The translations under genes and the position numbers were made by a program. This document shows positions 63,881 to 64,000 of a DNA stretch of 64,000 bases, one piece after another. Positions within the stretch are counted from its first letter, which is position 1. The number at the start of each line of letters is the position of its first letter. Origin of the DNA: Acidobacteriota bacterium (GTDB lineage: Bacteria; Acidobacteriota; UBA890; WLXD01); the NCBI GenBank assembly GCA_963666055.2, contig CAXWPH010000012.1, positions 160,001 through 224,000 of the forward strand, read 5' to 3'. Under the pieces are notes generated by a model. It did no database searches and was not told the origin of the DNA. It saw only the letters and a program-made list of their open reading frames with translations.

Positions 63881-64000
63881 GGCTGCCCGCGACCTCGACG
63901 CTCAACAGCGATCCACCATCATTCGGCTTCGCCGTGTCTGGCCAAGCTCGCCGCGGTAGAGTTCGAATCGCTACGGGTCGAGACTGGTGCAAGTCGCTCG

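Overview
GC-rich bacterial window, probably Acidobacteriota-like (inferred from the Acidobacterial-type VWA protein, FecR/DUF6600 and DUF5916 proteins). Left part (1-28 kb) is mostly core/metabolic: dGTPase (partial), AGCS symporter, trpS, Aas-like fusion, TolC, isoaspartyl peptidase, fhs, acyl-CoA synthetase, NTT-HEAT-cNMP protein, D-aminoacylase, amidase, acetamidase. At 28.3 kb a tRNA-Leu(TAA) gene is completely overlapped by the 3' end of a tyrosine integrase belonging to a small decayed integrative element. The rest is an accessory-like patchwork of exported hydrolases, a BCCT/amidinotransferase-like pair, agmatinase, a metA-metY pair and many gene fragments. Best signals not visible in the ORF track: (1) an exported putative selenoprotein (UxxC thioredoxin fold plus DsbD-alpha-like domain) split at an in-frame TGA with a SECIS-like hairpin; (2) two promoter-plus-terminator bounded structured sRNA candidates flanking trpS; (3) a modular MITE with ERIC-like cores in two copies; (4) the integrase/tRNA overlap with att-arm-like repeats. 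Three frameshifts may be sequencing errors. All family calls come from motif recognition by eye; no searches were run.
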